64,000 bases of DNA from a virus (lineage: Duplodnaviria; Heunggongvirae; Uroviricota; Caudoviricetes), in IMG/VR virus record IMGVR_UViG_3300006217_000028; one strand, given 5' to 3'. Below the pieces are notes generated by a model. That model was not told the DNA's origin and ran no database searches. It saw only the letters and a program-made list of their open reading frames with translations. Shown in pieces: positions 46,155-54,801 of this stretch (position 1 is the stretch's first letter; each line of letters opens with the position of its first letter). A program made the position numbers and the translations under genes.

Positions 46155-46734
46155 GCCGCTCCTCAACTGGAATGAGGTTGAACTGGCTATCAGAAAACTC
46201 CACGAAAATTTTCCAACTGCCGAATTGCTGCTTTCCACGATTGCTCCGTCCGGTCGAGAAGTTTGGGATAGTGTGATACAGCTCTCTACGGACATCAATA
46301 AGGTCGGCCTGCAATTCTCTATTCATAAGTCAACCGACCAGGATCGCAATCTACTTATCCCCTACGAAAATAAGCTGACATTGCGAGAAATCCGAGACAT
46401 TGGGATTGTTTGGTGGCGGGAAACTGGTCGGCATCCTTATCTCAACTATTGCATCGATGGATCCAACAATATGTACGCCGACGTAGAACGGCTTACTACA
46501 TTATTCTCACCAATTATATTTAACTTTACATTCAGCGTGGTCTGCTCCGCGAATGAAAGTATGAAGGAGGCTGGCTTCCGAGAGTTAGATACTGTGAGGG
46601 CTTTTGAAAGTAAGTTTGCAGAAAAAGGCTACAATACACGGGTGTTCAATCCAGATGGTCAGGACGACATTGGTGGCGGCTGCGGCCAGCTCTGGTATGT
46701 TCAGAAATGGATGAGGGAGAACGGACGAAAATGA
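46135..46734 (+). CDS. RlmN/Cfr-family C-terminal domain protein lacking the radical-SAM CxxxCxxC motif (199 aa)
   Basis: MFMSMGEPLLNWNEV matches RlmN MMGMGEPLLNLNNV. LQFSIHKSTDQDRNLLIP matches LAISLHAPNDEIRDEIVP. C-terminal VFNPDGQDDIGGGCGQL matches RKTRGDDIDAACGQL (the methyl-carrying Cys region). No Cys cluster in any upstream frame. First ATG codons overlap the stop of 45468-46154. Confidence 0.5.
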   Translation: MFMSMGEPLLNWNEVELAIRKLHENFPTAELLLSTIAPSGREVWDSVIQLSTDINKVGLQFSIHKSTDQDRNLLIPYENKLTLREIRDIGIVWWRETGRHPYLNYCIDGSNNMYADVERLTTLFSPIIFNFTFSVVCSANESMKEAGFRELDTVRAFESKFAEKGYNTRVFNPDGQDDIGGGCGQLWYVQKWMRENGRK

Positions 46735-46994
46735 CTGATGAACAACTCCTGAATTTTTGCCAAGATCATAATGTAGAAATTAGTTTTAGCTTCGAGTCCA
46801 CATCAAATAGTTATTTATTAAGAATGTGTAGATGGGGTAAAGATAACAAATCTGTAATTCAAAGCAACCATACTATTCATTATGAAGAATGTTCACGCTC
46901 AACATTTTGGCCGTTTATCATCAGAATGACTTTAACTGATATGCTCCATGAAATTGAGCACCAAGAGAGGAGAATAAGTAATGATCAAAATTGA
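46731..46994 (+). CDS. Hypothetical protein (87 aa)
   Basis: Overlaps the upstream stop. Cys/His-containing. Confidence 0.4.
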   Translation: MTDEQLLNFCQDHNVEISFSFESTSNSYLLRMCRWGKDNKSVIQSNHTIHYEECSRSTFWPFIIRMTLTDMLHEIEHQERRISNDQN

Positions 46995-47694
46995 AAACAC
47001 TCAGGTCGTTGGCCTGGAAGCGGCAATCCGTGGGATGCGGAATCCGATGAACAGTTGGGAGAAGTCGGATAGCATATTTGCTAATTCTGGAGATGACGAC
47101 GTACATTATTTGAATGGCGAACCCTGCATTTGCCATCCCAGTAACGAATACAGAGCATATATTGGCCCCAACGACCACGATCTCATGATGCGTTTGGCCA
47201 AGCAAGGGCCTGTTCACGGCAAGTTCCGCCGGATGATTGTGGTGTATGTTGACATCACCGCCCCGCTCTACTGGTGGAAACAGTTCGATACCTATCAGGT
47301 TGGTACTGTAAAAAACTCCTGCTCTACCATGCACAAGATTCACGCTAAGGAGTTTACATTGGAGGATTTTTCCAGCGAGTATCTAATTTGTTGGGGGGAC
47401 GTTGAGAAGGAAGTTCTTGTTGCTATGAAAGGCGTCCTTGACGCTTTGAACTTCGCCCGCAATAAGTATCTTGAAACGAAGGACGAAAGATACTGGTACC
47501 AGATGATCCAACTCCTACCTAACAGCTACAACCAAAAACGGACGGTCATGCTGAACTACGAGGTCCTGGCTAATATCTATCAGTATCGCTGGAATCACAA
47601 GCTGGACGAATGGCGAGAGTTCTGCGTGTGGATAGACTCCCTACCCTACAGCGATATTATCGCTTGCAGTTCATATGGTGAAGACCGTGAATAA
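46981..47694 (+). CDS. ThyX-like (flavin-dependent thymidylate synthase fold) protein with substituted RHR motif
   Basis: 237 aa. HGKFRRMIVVYVDITAPLYWWKQF matches ThyX [25 protein letters not shown]. At the ThyX RHRxxSxxxxSxRY position the sequence reads DTYQVGTVKNSCSTMH. N-terminal MIKIENTQVVGLEAAIRGMRN and C-terminal RTVMLNYEVLANIYQYR also align to ThyX. Confidence 0.5.
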   Translation: MIKIENTQVVGLEAAIRGMRNPMNSWEKSDSIFANSGDDDVHYLNGEPCICHPSNEYRAYIGPNDHDLMMRLAKQGPVHGKFRRMIVVYVDITAPLYWWKQFDTYQVGTVKNSCSTMHKIHAKEFTLEDFSSEYLICWGDVEKEVLVAMKGVLDALNFARNKYLETKDERYWYQMIQLLPNSYNQKRTVMLNYEVLANIYQYRWNHKLDEWREFCVWIDSLPYSDIIACSSYGEDRE

Positions 47695-47896
47695 GCAGCT
47701 GAGAAAGCGGTATAACCTCTGGCTATTCAAGAAGTATGGTTTTAACCGGGGACCATTCTTCGAGCGAATTCCTACGATTTACAAGTTGATTCCGCTGTGG
47801 TCGCCATCTTTGTATCATCACTGCGAAGGAACACAAATTTGTGAGCGGGTTATTCAAGGTCTTGAAGAAGGAATTAAAAAATATGAGCGAGGTTAA
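47675..47896 (+). CDS. Hypothetical protein (73 aa)
   Basis: Overlaps the 3-prime end of the previous gene. Weak signals. Confidence 0.3.
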   Translation: MVKTVNKQLRKRYNLWLFKKYGFNRGPFFERIPTIYKLIPLWSPSLYHHCEGTQICERVIQGLEEGIKKYERG

Positions 47897-48068
47897 CTAT
47901 CCGACTGATATTTTGGTAGTTGATGGTATGGGAGTATCAGTTGAAGAGACTATGGAAATTATTAAGGCACATAAGGAGGGTTATGGGCCTAATTCTTTCC
48001 ATGACGTCCCTTTTGACATATACATCATTAAAAAATTGGAGGTACCTATCTATGAAATTCTTTGTTGA
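47883..48068 (+). CDS. Hypothetical protein (61 aa)
   Basis: Internal ATG of track ORF 47841-48068. Confidence 0.3.
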   Translation: MSEVNYPTDILVVDGMGVSVEETMEIIKAHKEGYGPNSFHDVPFDIYIIKKLEVPIYEILC

Positions 48069-48984
48069 GAAAATTGAAAAGACCTACACTCGCTACGGCG
48101 CGGAATACACAGAAGTTGAACGCCGCCTCCGGCTTGATCGAATCATCATCTGCGGTGTAGCAGCCATCGTTGCTCTCGGACTGATATTTACCAGCTTCAC
48201 TGTTGTTGGGGCGGGCCATACTGGCGTGGTGTCCACGTTTGGTCAGGTAAGCGAGGACGTTTTGCAAGAGGGGTTCCACTTCAAGGCGCCCTGGCAGAAA
48301 GTCACCAAGATGGACAACCGGATCGTCAAGCTGGAGGTATCCACTGAGGCTTTCAGCTCAGACCTGCAAACGGTCAACGTGAACTTGGCCGTCAACTATC
48401 GCGTTGACACGGCGAAGTCTTTTTCCATTGTCAAGAACGTGGGCACCAACTATGAGGATGTACTTATTACGCCAGCAGTCAACGAGGTTATGAAGTCGAT
48501 TATGGCCAGCTATACTGCTGAGCAGAGCATTACCAACCGAAACATCATTTCTACAGCCTTGCTCGATGAATTGAACGATAAACTTTCAGACAGCGGAATT
48601 TATGTTTCAGATATTAACATCATTGACTTCGACTTTAGCGACGTATATGTGGCAGCTATCGAATCCAAGCAGGTTGCAGAACAAGAGAAACTTCGGGCAA
48701 AAATCGAACAGGAGCAGCTTACTATGGAAAAAGAGTCGGAGTCTGCCCGTCGGATAATCGACGCCGAAGCCGCTGCGGAGGTTGCCAAAATTGAGGCGGA
48801 AGCGGCGGCGTATGCTGGTGAGAAAGAGGCTGCCGCAAATGAAAAGATTGCGGAATCTCTGACACGGCCGCTCATCGAGTATTACAAAATCCAGCAGTGG
48901 GATGGTAAGCTCCCTTCGGTTACAGGAGCGGATACCATTATAACGATGGGTAACGAGAAATCGGACGAGAGCAAGGAGGAGTAA
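48052..48984 (+). CDS. SPFH / band-7 (prohibitin-like) domain membrane protein
   Basis: 310 aa. N-terminal transmembrane helix. GHTGVVSTFGQV...GFHFKAPWQKV...VNYRVD are SPFH core motifs. C-terminal Ala/Glu coiled coil. RBS GGAGGT. Confidence 0.7.
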   Translation: MKFFVEKIEKTYTRYGAEYTEVERRLRLDRIIICGVAAIVALGLIFTSFTVVGAGHTGVVSTFGQVSEDVLQEGFHFKAPWQKVTKMDNRIVKLEVSTEAFSSDLQTVNVNLAVNYRVDTAKSFSIVKNVGTNYEDVLITPAVNEVMKSIMASYTAEQSITNRNIISTALLDELNDKLSDSGIYVSDINIIDFDFSDVYVAAIESKQVAEQEKLRAKIEQEQLTMEKESESARRIIDAEAAAEVAKIEAEAAAYAGEKEAAANEKIAESLTRPLIEYYKIQQWDGKLPSVTGADTIITMGNEKSDESKEE

Positions 48985-48987
48985 TCA

Positions 48988-49194
48988 GTGGAAATTATAA
49001 CTCCGGGAAATCTCGAACGATTACACAACCCGAAGATATTTACGTGTAAAAGATGTGGATGTGTTTTCAAAGCTACCGATAAGGAGTATGTCTATAGCGA
49101 TTATATAGCCGCTACCCATGATGGCATATACGCTTCATGTACGTGTCCGTGCTGTGAAGACACTGTATATCTTTACTCATCAGACTTGGAATAA
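48988..49194 (+). CDS. Cys-rich zinc-ribbon protein (68 aa)
   Basis: CKRCGC...CTCPCC. GTG start right after the upstream stop. Confidence 0.45.
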   Translation: MEIITPGNLERLHNPKIFTCKRCGCVFKATDKEYVYSDYIAATHDGIYASCTCPCCEDTVYLYSSDLE

Positions 49195-49218
49195 TCCATT
49201 ATACAGTCGACTTTACTT

Positions 49219-49249
49219 CGTGAAAATTACAGACGCTATTGTGAAAGAG
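49219..49249 (+). promoter_or_regulatory. Conserved promoter-like motif, copy 10 (CGTGAAAATTACAGACGCTAT-TGTGAAAGAG)
   Basis: See the motif family. Followed by hairpin AGAGCTGAGAGAAATCTTGGCTCTTT. Upstream of 49303. Confidence 0.45.
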
Positions 49250-49302
49250 CTGAGAGAAATCTTGGCTCTTTTATATTTTTATTAGGAAGGGGCAAGGTTA
49301 GT

Positions 49303-49551
49303 ATGAACGAAACTGGCAAAGAAATCTTGTGTACCGGGTGCGCCCACAGAGAAGTATGCGAGCGAAAAAACGAATACCAGCACGCCGCGGTACTTGCAAA
49401 CGACATCATCGAAGAATTGATGGATAGAGTACGTTTACAGTTGCGCACTATTCCTTGGGTTCATGTACGGTCACCTGAAGTAAATTGCGATTATTTCATG
49501 AGGCGGCGCAAAATGGCGACGGTATGGGACAACGGAGGTACCAATGAGTAA
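49303..49551 (+). CDS. Hypothetical protein (82 aa)
   Basis: RBS AGGAAGGGG. Confidence 0.45.
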   Translation: MNETGKEILCTGCAHREVCERKNEYQHAAVLANDIIEELMDRVRLQLRTIPWVHVRSPEVNCDYFMRRRKMATVWDNGGTNE

Positions 49552-50506
49552 AGAATACGATGAATACCTACAAGAGCATCGATCAAACCTCTGCTTTGGT
49601 CTGGAATGGCTTAAGCAGAATCTTCCTGAGGTGCTTGAAGGAGCGTACAATATTGACTGGCTCGTTCAGAACGCCCATGACCATTCTAAGTACGGGTCGG
49701 AAGAATACAACGCCTACGATACATATTTCTACACAAACATCAAATCGTATCGCGTCCAGCAGGATTTTCAGCTAGCCTGGCTCCATCACATCCATCATAA
49801 CCCTCACCATTGGCAGCACTGGGTGCTTATCAACGACGATCCAGCAGAAGGAACTGTCTGCCTTGAGATGCCGCGATGCTATATCATTGAAATGATTTGC
49901 GACTGGTGGTCTTTCAGTTGGGCTAAGAATGATTTGACGGAGATATTTCGTTGGTATGACGAGCATCGGGAACACATACTGCTGCATAAGAACACTCGAG
50001 AGATGGTCGAGGATATTCTTGGCAAAATGGCGGAAAAACTTGACTATACGGGCGAGTTGTGTCATCATGGTGTAAAAGGGCAGAAGTGGGGTGTACGCAA
50101 TGGGCCGCCGTATCCTTTAGGCGAAGGTGATAAGTCGGCGGAGGAGAGAAAAGCTGATGGTAATAGAACTAACATCGTCAAACAGGCGATTCAGTCGGGA
50201 AAAGTTTCGACTAAAATTAACCGTGAAAAGCAAAAAAGACATACACAAGATGACCACACGCCAGGAAAAAGCTATATTCATGGAGATTTAATAGAGGCGC
50301 AACACCTTGTGGATACACTCAGTGGTACAGGGAAAGCACTTGAAGGGCGAGACGGAGCTTGGAACCATCGCGAAAGAGTTTCACATAGCGACATAATCGG
50401 TACGCATGTAGACGAAAAGGGTGTCGAAACTCCATCTAAAAATGCGATAATCGTTTATTCCAAGACTGGAAGTCACATTTATCCAGCAAAGAAGAAAGGA
50501 GACTAA
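49544..50506 (+). CDS. Hypothetical protein (320 aa) with His-rich segment HHIHHNPHHWQHW
   Basis: RBS GGAGGT. The C-terminal 20 aa recur in degenerate form at 50841-50900. Confidence 0.5.
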   Translation: MSKEYDEYLQEHRSNLCFGLEWLKQNLPEVLEGAYNIDWLVQNAHDHSKYGSEEYNAYDTYFYTNIKSYRVQQDFQLAWLHHIHHNPHHWQHWVLINDDPAEGTVCLEMPRCYIIEMICDWWSFSWAKNDLTEIFRWYDEHREHILLHKNTREMVEDILGKMAEKLDYTGELCHHGVKGQKWGVRNGPPYPLGEGDKSAEERKADGNRTNIVKQAIQSGKVSTKINREKQKRHTQDDHTPGKSYIHGDLIEAQHLVDTLSGTGKALEGRDGAWNHRERVSHSDIIGTHVDEKGVETPSKNAIIVYSKTGSHIYPAKKKGD

Positions 50507-50508
50507 AT

Positions 50509-50721
50509 ATGGAACTTACACAGGCGTTGGAAGGAAAACGTGTTCGAATCGTGGACATCGACGACAAGGTGTTCGAGGGAACTGTAACTGACTATTTCTT
50601 TCCTGAAGACAACGAGCCAGAAGGTGTCTCTGGGATAGCATTAGAAGACTGCCCACAGCGTCCGGGAGTGTGGCTTGGCTTTAATGAGCCCGAAATCAAG
50701 TCTATCGAGGTTATAGCATAG
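50509..50721 (+). CDS. Hypothetical small protein (70 aa)
   Basis: RBS AAAGGAGA. Has a truncated paralogue at 50896-51000. Confidence 0.5.
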   Translation: MELTQALEGKRVRIVDIDDKVFEGTVTDYFFPEDNEPEGVSGIALEDCPQRPGVWLGFNEPEIKSIEVIA

Positions 50722-50840
50722 GGGATTTGAATTATACTCAGCAGCCGGTAGACGAGTTGAGCGGAACGGGACAAGCAAAAAAAAGATAGATACGGTAACA
50801 ACTGGGTCAATAAAGAGGCCGTTATGAAACCGATTCTGCT

Positions 50841-51000
50841 ATGATTGTCTACTCAAAGACGGGTACCCACATTTACCCGAGAAAGGACGATAAAAATGAT
50901 TGAACTCAGAACACTCGAGGGCGAAAGAGTCTGTTTAGTTAGCACTAGCGGAGAGATATATGAGGGTAAGGTTGGGGATTACATTTTTCCCGAGAGGTGA
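50841..51000 (+). pseudogene. Degenerate tandem duplicate of 50447-50721 (gene tail plus small gene), truncated by stops
   Basis: MIVYSKTGTHIYPRKDDKND vs AIIVYSKTGSHIYPAKKKGD. MIELRTLEGERVCLVSTSGEIYEGKVGDYIFPER* vs MELTQALEGKRVRIVDIDDKVFEGTVTDYFFPEDNEPEG.... Confidence 0.45.
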
Positions 51001-51010
51001 TTTCCTGATA

Positions 51011-51163
51011 TGGATGAGAGCTATCAAGAGGTTCGCTATGATCTATACTGTAAGAACTGTAAACACTTTCGCTTACATGAGTATGAAGAGCCTTGCAACG
51101 AATGCCTAGAGTGTCCAGCGAGGCTTGACTCAAACATTCCAGAACGATTTGAAAAGAAGTAAA
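51011..51163 (+). CDS. Cys-rich small protein (50 aa)
   Basis: MDESYQEVRYDLYCKNCKHFRLHEYEEPCNECLECPARL.... Confidence 0.3.
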
Positions 51164-51181
51164 CAGGTGACGAAGGAAAAA

Positions 51182-51218
51182 GAGCTTAGAGAAATCTAGG
51201 CTCTTTCTTCATTTTTTA
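51182..51218 (+). terminator. Rho-independent terminator
   Basis: AGAGCTTAGAGAAATCTAGGCTCT followed by TTCTTCATTTTTT. Confidence 0.45.
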
Positions 51219-51224
51219 TAGGAG

Positions 51225-51410
51225 ATGAAAAAACACATGATAAAGCAAATCACATATCAAGACGGCCTTTCCTCTTTTTGGGTGGAGCGAGCTGAAGATG
51301 GATATTTGGCTTATCTGTCATTCAAGCACTATTTACGTGGAATAACGTCGCCAATGCTCATGGCTCACTTGGGTCAAAACGGGCTAAGGGCGGCGTATTT
51401 TTCTGTGTAA
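51225..51410 (+). CDS. Hypothetical protein (61 aa; alternative start 51237)
   Basis: RBS GGAG. Confidence 0.35.
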   Translation: MKKHMIKQITYQDGLSSFWVERAEDGYLAYLSFKHYLRGITSPMLMAHLGQNGLRAAYFSV

Positions 51411-51482
51411 TCATTACGGGTGCTTTTGGAACGAAGCCTATTGGTCATATCTTAAAACTATAAAAACAAGGAGTAACTAACG

Positions 51483-51740
51483 ATGAAAACTTTGAAAAAC
51501 AAAATTGCAGTGGCACTTTCCGCGCTCTTTCTGATGGGGGTCCTGGCTGGGTGCAACAAGACGTTTATAGACACAACATATGCGTTCGACTATGCCTATG
51601 TGGAACTTCCCAATGGCACGGTAGTCGAAGGTAAAGTTCAGTCATGGAAAGACTTTGATGACGGAGATCAGATTCAAGTGACCATAGACGGAAAAACATA
51701 TCTTACAAACAGCACACGGGTCGTACTTGTAACGAGGTGA
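51483..51740 (+). CDS. Lipoprotein (85 aa)
   Basis: Signal peptide with lipobox MKTLKNKIAVALSALFLMGVLAGC. RBS AAGGAG. Confidence 0.55.
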   Translation: MKTLKNKIAVALSALFLMGVLAGCNKTFIDTTYAFDYAYVELPNGTVVEGKVQSWKDFDDGDQIQVTIDGKTYLTNSTRVVLVTR

Positions 51741-51747
51741 TATAAGG

Positions 51748-52080
51748 ATGAAGGTTAACGTTTTAGGAACTGATTACACGATTGTTTTGGTTAGCGACGC
51801 CGAAGACAAACGGCTATCCAACATTGATGGGTTTTGTGACGAGTCCACGAGCGAAATTCGTGTAGATAATTACGAATCTCATCGGGGCGACCCGCACAAC
51901 AAAGCAAACTTGGATAAGCAAATCAAAAAGAACATCCGGCATGAATTGATTCACGCGTTTCTGTTTGAGAGCGGTCTTGCCGAGAACAGCCCCTGGGCAC
52001 AAAACGAAGAATTGGTCGACTGGATTGCGATACAGGGGCCAAAGCTGTGGAAAGCATGGCAGGAGGCGGATGCTGTATGA
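51748..52080 (+). CDS. HExxH zinc-metallopeptidase-like protein (110 aa)
   Basis: RHELIHAFL motif. RBS GAGGTGATATAAGG. Confidence 0.4.
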   Translation: MKVNVLGTDYTIVLVSDAEDKRLSNIDGFCDESTSEIRVDNYESHRGDPHNKANLDKQIKKNIRHELIHAFLFESGLAENSPWAQNEELVDWIAIQGPKLWKAWQEADAV

Positions 52081-52601
52081 TTATGTCCGGTCTAGAAATT
52101 CACCAACACATCGGCAAAGAGATTGTTATCAATCCATTCGATGAATCCAGGCTCAATCCGAACAGCTACAACCTACGGTTGGCTGACGAGCTGCTGGTAT
52201 ACAACAATAAAGTCCTGTTTATGGATGAGGATAACCCCGTAACACACATTGCGATTCCTAGAACCGGCTTACTTCTGGAGCCGGGAAAACTATATCTTGG
52301 GCGGACCTTGGAGTACACAAAAACCGAAGGGTTTGTACCAATGCTTGAGGGACGCTCTTCTGTTGGTAGACTCGGGTTGTTCATCCATGTGACAGCAGGT
52401 TTCGGGGATGTCGGTTTTGCTGGCTACTGGACGCTGGAAATGCACTGTGTTCAGCCAGTGATGGTATTTCCGGGGGTGGAAATATGCCAGATTTACTACC
52501 ATACACTGCAAGGAGATTATAAGCCTTATCAGTCCGGCAAATATCAAAACAATAATGGTGTGCAGCCAAGTATGCTATGGAAAGACTTTCTTGCTAAATA
52601 A
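52077..52601 (+). CDS. dcd: dCTP deaminase
   Basis: 174 aa. GRSSVGRLGLFIHVTAGFGDVGFAGYWTLEMHC aligns with E. coli Dcd [33 protein letters not shown]. Start overlaps the upstream stop (ATGA). Confidence 0.7.
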   Translation: MIMSGLEIHQHIGKEIVINPFDESRLNPNSYNLRLADELLVYNNKVLFMDEDNPVTHIAIPRTGLLLEPGKLYLGRTLEYTKTEGFVPMLEGRSSVGRLGLFIHVTAGFGDVGFAGYWTLEMHCVQPVMVFPGVEICQIYYHTLQGDYKPYQSGKYQNNNGVQPSMLWKDFLAK

Positions 52602-52612
52602 AGCGCGATTTA

Positions 52613-52822
52613 GTGATGGTTCCTTTGGGGTTTCTATGCACGATTGCCAACGTATTGTATGCGCTCACATCATGGAGTGTGTTTGCGAGATTGGCGGTTA
52701 CGTTGGCGAAGCTTGATCTAAAGGTCTATTTGCTAATACGATATATTGCAGCAACATGGCTAACTGAAAAAGAACTTTCCGAGATAGAGTCTGAACTAGA
52801 TATATTTCATAAAGACAGTTAA
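52613..52822 (+). CDS. Small membrane protein (69 aa)
   Basis: Hydrophobic N-terminal half. Confidence 0.4.
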   Translation: MMVPLGFLCTIANVLYALTSWSVFARLAVTLAKLDLKVYLLIRYIAATWLTEKELSEIESELDIFHKDS

Positions 52823-52825
52823 TCT

Positions 52826-52866
52826 CATTAGAGAAGAGTTGCGGCAGCAGCTTTTCTCTTTTTTGT
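52826..52866 (+). terminator. Rho-independent terminator
   Basis: AGAGAAGAGTTGCGGCAGCAGCTTTTCTCT followed by TTTTTGTTG. Confidence 0.45.
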
Positions 52867-52880
52867 TGAAAGGAGACAGC

Positions 52881-52991
52881 GATGATTGGGTACTACACGG
52901 ACTACGGCTACATGGGATATGTTGGCGGTGAGTGGATGCTTTTTGCTACCGAGGATGAATACTACGAATATCTTAAGGAGGATGCGGCGTG
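52881..52991 (+). CDS. Small Tyr-rich peptide (36 aa)
   Basis: RBS AAAGGAGACAGCG. Stop overlaps the next GTG start. Confidence 0.3.
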
Positions 52992-53621
52992 AATACCAAA
53001 GTACAGGCTCACAAGGAAATCTGTGAGTATTTGAACAACTTGTACGAACGCAAGAACCATGACTATGGTGACAGCTTTCATCAGACCTTTGTTGAGGAAG
53101 GGATGGCAATGGTCCGAATCCGGCTGGGGGACAAGCTTTCTCGGTTTAAGACTTTGACTCTTAATGGCAGCCAACAGGTGCAGGATGAGTCGGTACGCGA
53201 CACTTTGCTCGACCTGGCTAACTATGCCATCATGACTGTGATGGAGATGGAGATGGATTTAGTCGACATGAATGAATCGAAAACCGATGAAGAATCTGAC
53301 ATCACAATTCGTGATCCCTTGAGCATGGTTCAAGCGAATGACGAACATTCAGTAGTTTCGACTCCTTATTGTTTTGGTTATCACATGGCCGCAAAAGAGT
53401 TTCTCGAAGAGGTCAATGACCATATTGCGAAATATGGTTTAATCAGTGTAGCTGATGTAAGGCGTATGCGAAATGAACCTGCAAAAGCGGAAGATACATA
53501 TCTCGGCTGGATATCAAAAATCTCTGTTAAAAATATAACTCAAGGGTTTTCCAAAAAGAGAGGTGGTAGCTATTATTGGGTTAAGTTTCCGACCCCAGTA
53601 AAATTAGATGGCGTAAAATAA
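52989..53621 (+). CDS. DUF1599-like phage protein (210 aa)
   Basis: N-terminal KNHDYGDSFHQTF...GMAMVRIRLGDKLSRF resembles the DUF1599 domain found in phages. Confidence 0.4.
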   Translation: MNTKVQAHKEICEYLNNLYERKNHDYGDSFHQTFVEEGMAMVRIRLGDKLSRFKTLTLNGSQQVQDESVRDTLLDLANYAIMTVMEMEMDLVDMNESKTDEESDITIRDPLSMVQANDEHSVVSTPYCFGYHMAAKEFLEEVNDHIAKYGLISVADVRRMRNEPAKAEDTYLGWISKISVKNITQGFSKKRGGSYYWVKFPTPVKLDGVK

Positions 53622-53655
53622 CGCCAAAATCAAACCGAATCGGAGGGATATAGTC

Positions 53656-54165
53656 ATGGATATTCCGAGATATATCCATTATGGAGCGACAGAATTCATA
53701 CCCACGAAAGGATTCCCAATCAAAAATCTAGAGCATTTCATGAAACCAAAAGGTGGATTATGGGCCTCACGGAAAAACGCTTCATTTGGTTGGAAAGACT
53801 GGTGTGAACAGGAAGATTTCCGGCATTGTGACATGGAAAATTCGTTTGAGTTTACATTTACTAACCAGGCAAAAATAGTTACGATTAGCACAGTTCAACA
53901 GCTGCACAATCTTCCCCAAATGGAGGATGGTGGACTTTCATGGTGTTATAGCATTGACTTTGAGAAATGCTTACACTTGGGGATTGATGCGATAGAGCTT
54001 TGCTGGTATGGGAACGAATACCGCGATGTAGCATTTGGCGATTTGTATACCGAATTATATGGATGGGATTGTGATTCTATAGTTGTACTAAATCCAGATG
54101 CAATCAAGCAGATAGATAATCAAAAAGAAAGAGAGGCATCTTCATGTATATTATCAAGGATCTAA
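53656..54165 (+). CDS. Hypothetical protein (169 aa)
   Basis: RBS ATCGGAGGG. Confidence 0.5.
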   Translation: MDIPRYIHYGATEFIPTKGFPIKNLEHFMKPKGGLWASRKNASFGWKDWCEQEDFRHCDMENSFEFTFTNQAKIVTISTVQQLHNLPQMEDGGLSWCYSIDFEKCLHLGIDAIELCWYGNEYRDVAFGDLYTELYGWDCDSIVVLNPDAIKQIDNQKEREASSCILSRI

Positions 54166-54347
54166 CAAAATCTGTTCGACCTACATATCATATACGCGAT
54201 GCTAAGGATGCTAAAGACATCGTAATCGGTATTACCGGGAACGACTTGTATGGCTGTGAGGCATTGAACATAGCAGTCAACATGCATTTTGGTGATCGGT
54301 TTTTAAGATCTAATCTCTATTCAATTCGGTGTGTCGAGGAACATTGA
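54144..54347 (+). CDS. Hypothetical protein (67 aa)
   Basis: RBS GAGAGG. Overlaps the upstream gene's end. Confidence 0.4.
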   Translation: MYIIKDLTKSVRPTYHIRDAKDAKDIVIGITGNDLYGCEALNIAVNMHFGDRFLRSNLYSIRCVEEH

Positions 54348-54350
54348 TGA

Positions 54351-54581
54351 ATGTTAAGCTATAATTTAGTATTCAATAAACTCATAGCACTCGTACTGAT
54401 TGGTGCGGGGGCTTTTGCTGTTTGGATGGAGGGCGATGGTACATTCCTGATGTTTGCGCTGTTAATCGGCGTGCCTATATTCTTCGCAAAAGAAAACTGG
54501 ACAACGATTGAAGTGAGAGAAATTGATGAAGAACTATCCACCACTTCCATTACCACCGAAACCACCAATAGAGTTGTGTAA
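54351..54581 (+). CDS. Small membrane protein (76 aa)
   Basis: Two hydrophobic helices (LIALVLIGAGAFAVWM; FLMFALLIGVPIFFA). Confidence 0.4.
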   Translation: MLSYNLVFNKLIALVLIGAGAFAVWMEGDGTFLMFALLIGVPIFFAKENWTTIEVREIDEELSTTSITTETTNRVV

Positions 54582-54801
54582 TTCTTGGAGTAATTGGGTT
54601 CTTGGTATCATGTCACCATCTAAGCACTTTTACGGGTCTATTCAGCCGGCAGAATCGATCCTTTGCTAGTCGCTTGTTTTTTGAGCAGGAATGGAGATAC
54701 CATCAGAACATGCTGCTCTGTAAAATTGAGGCCAGACTGATGAACAGCTATGAATGGAAGTGCTACTACCGAAACGAGAGAAGGAAAAAGAGGTTAGCGT
54801 G

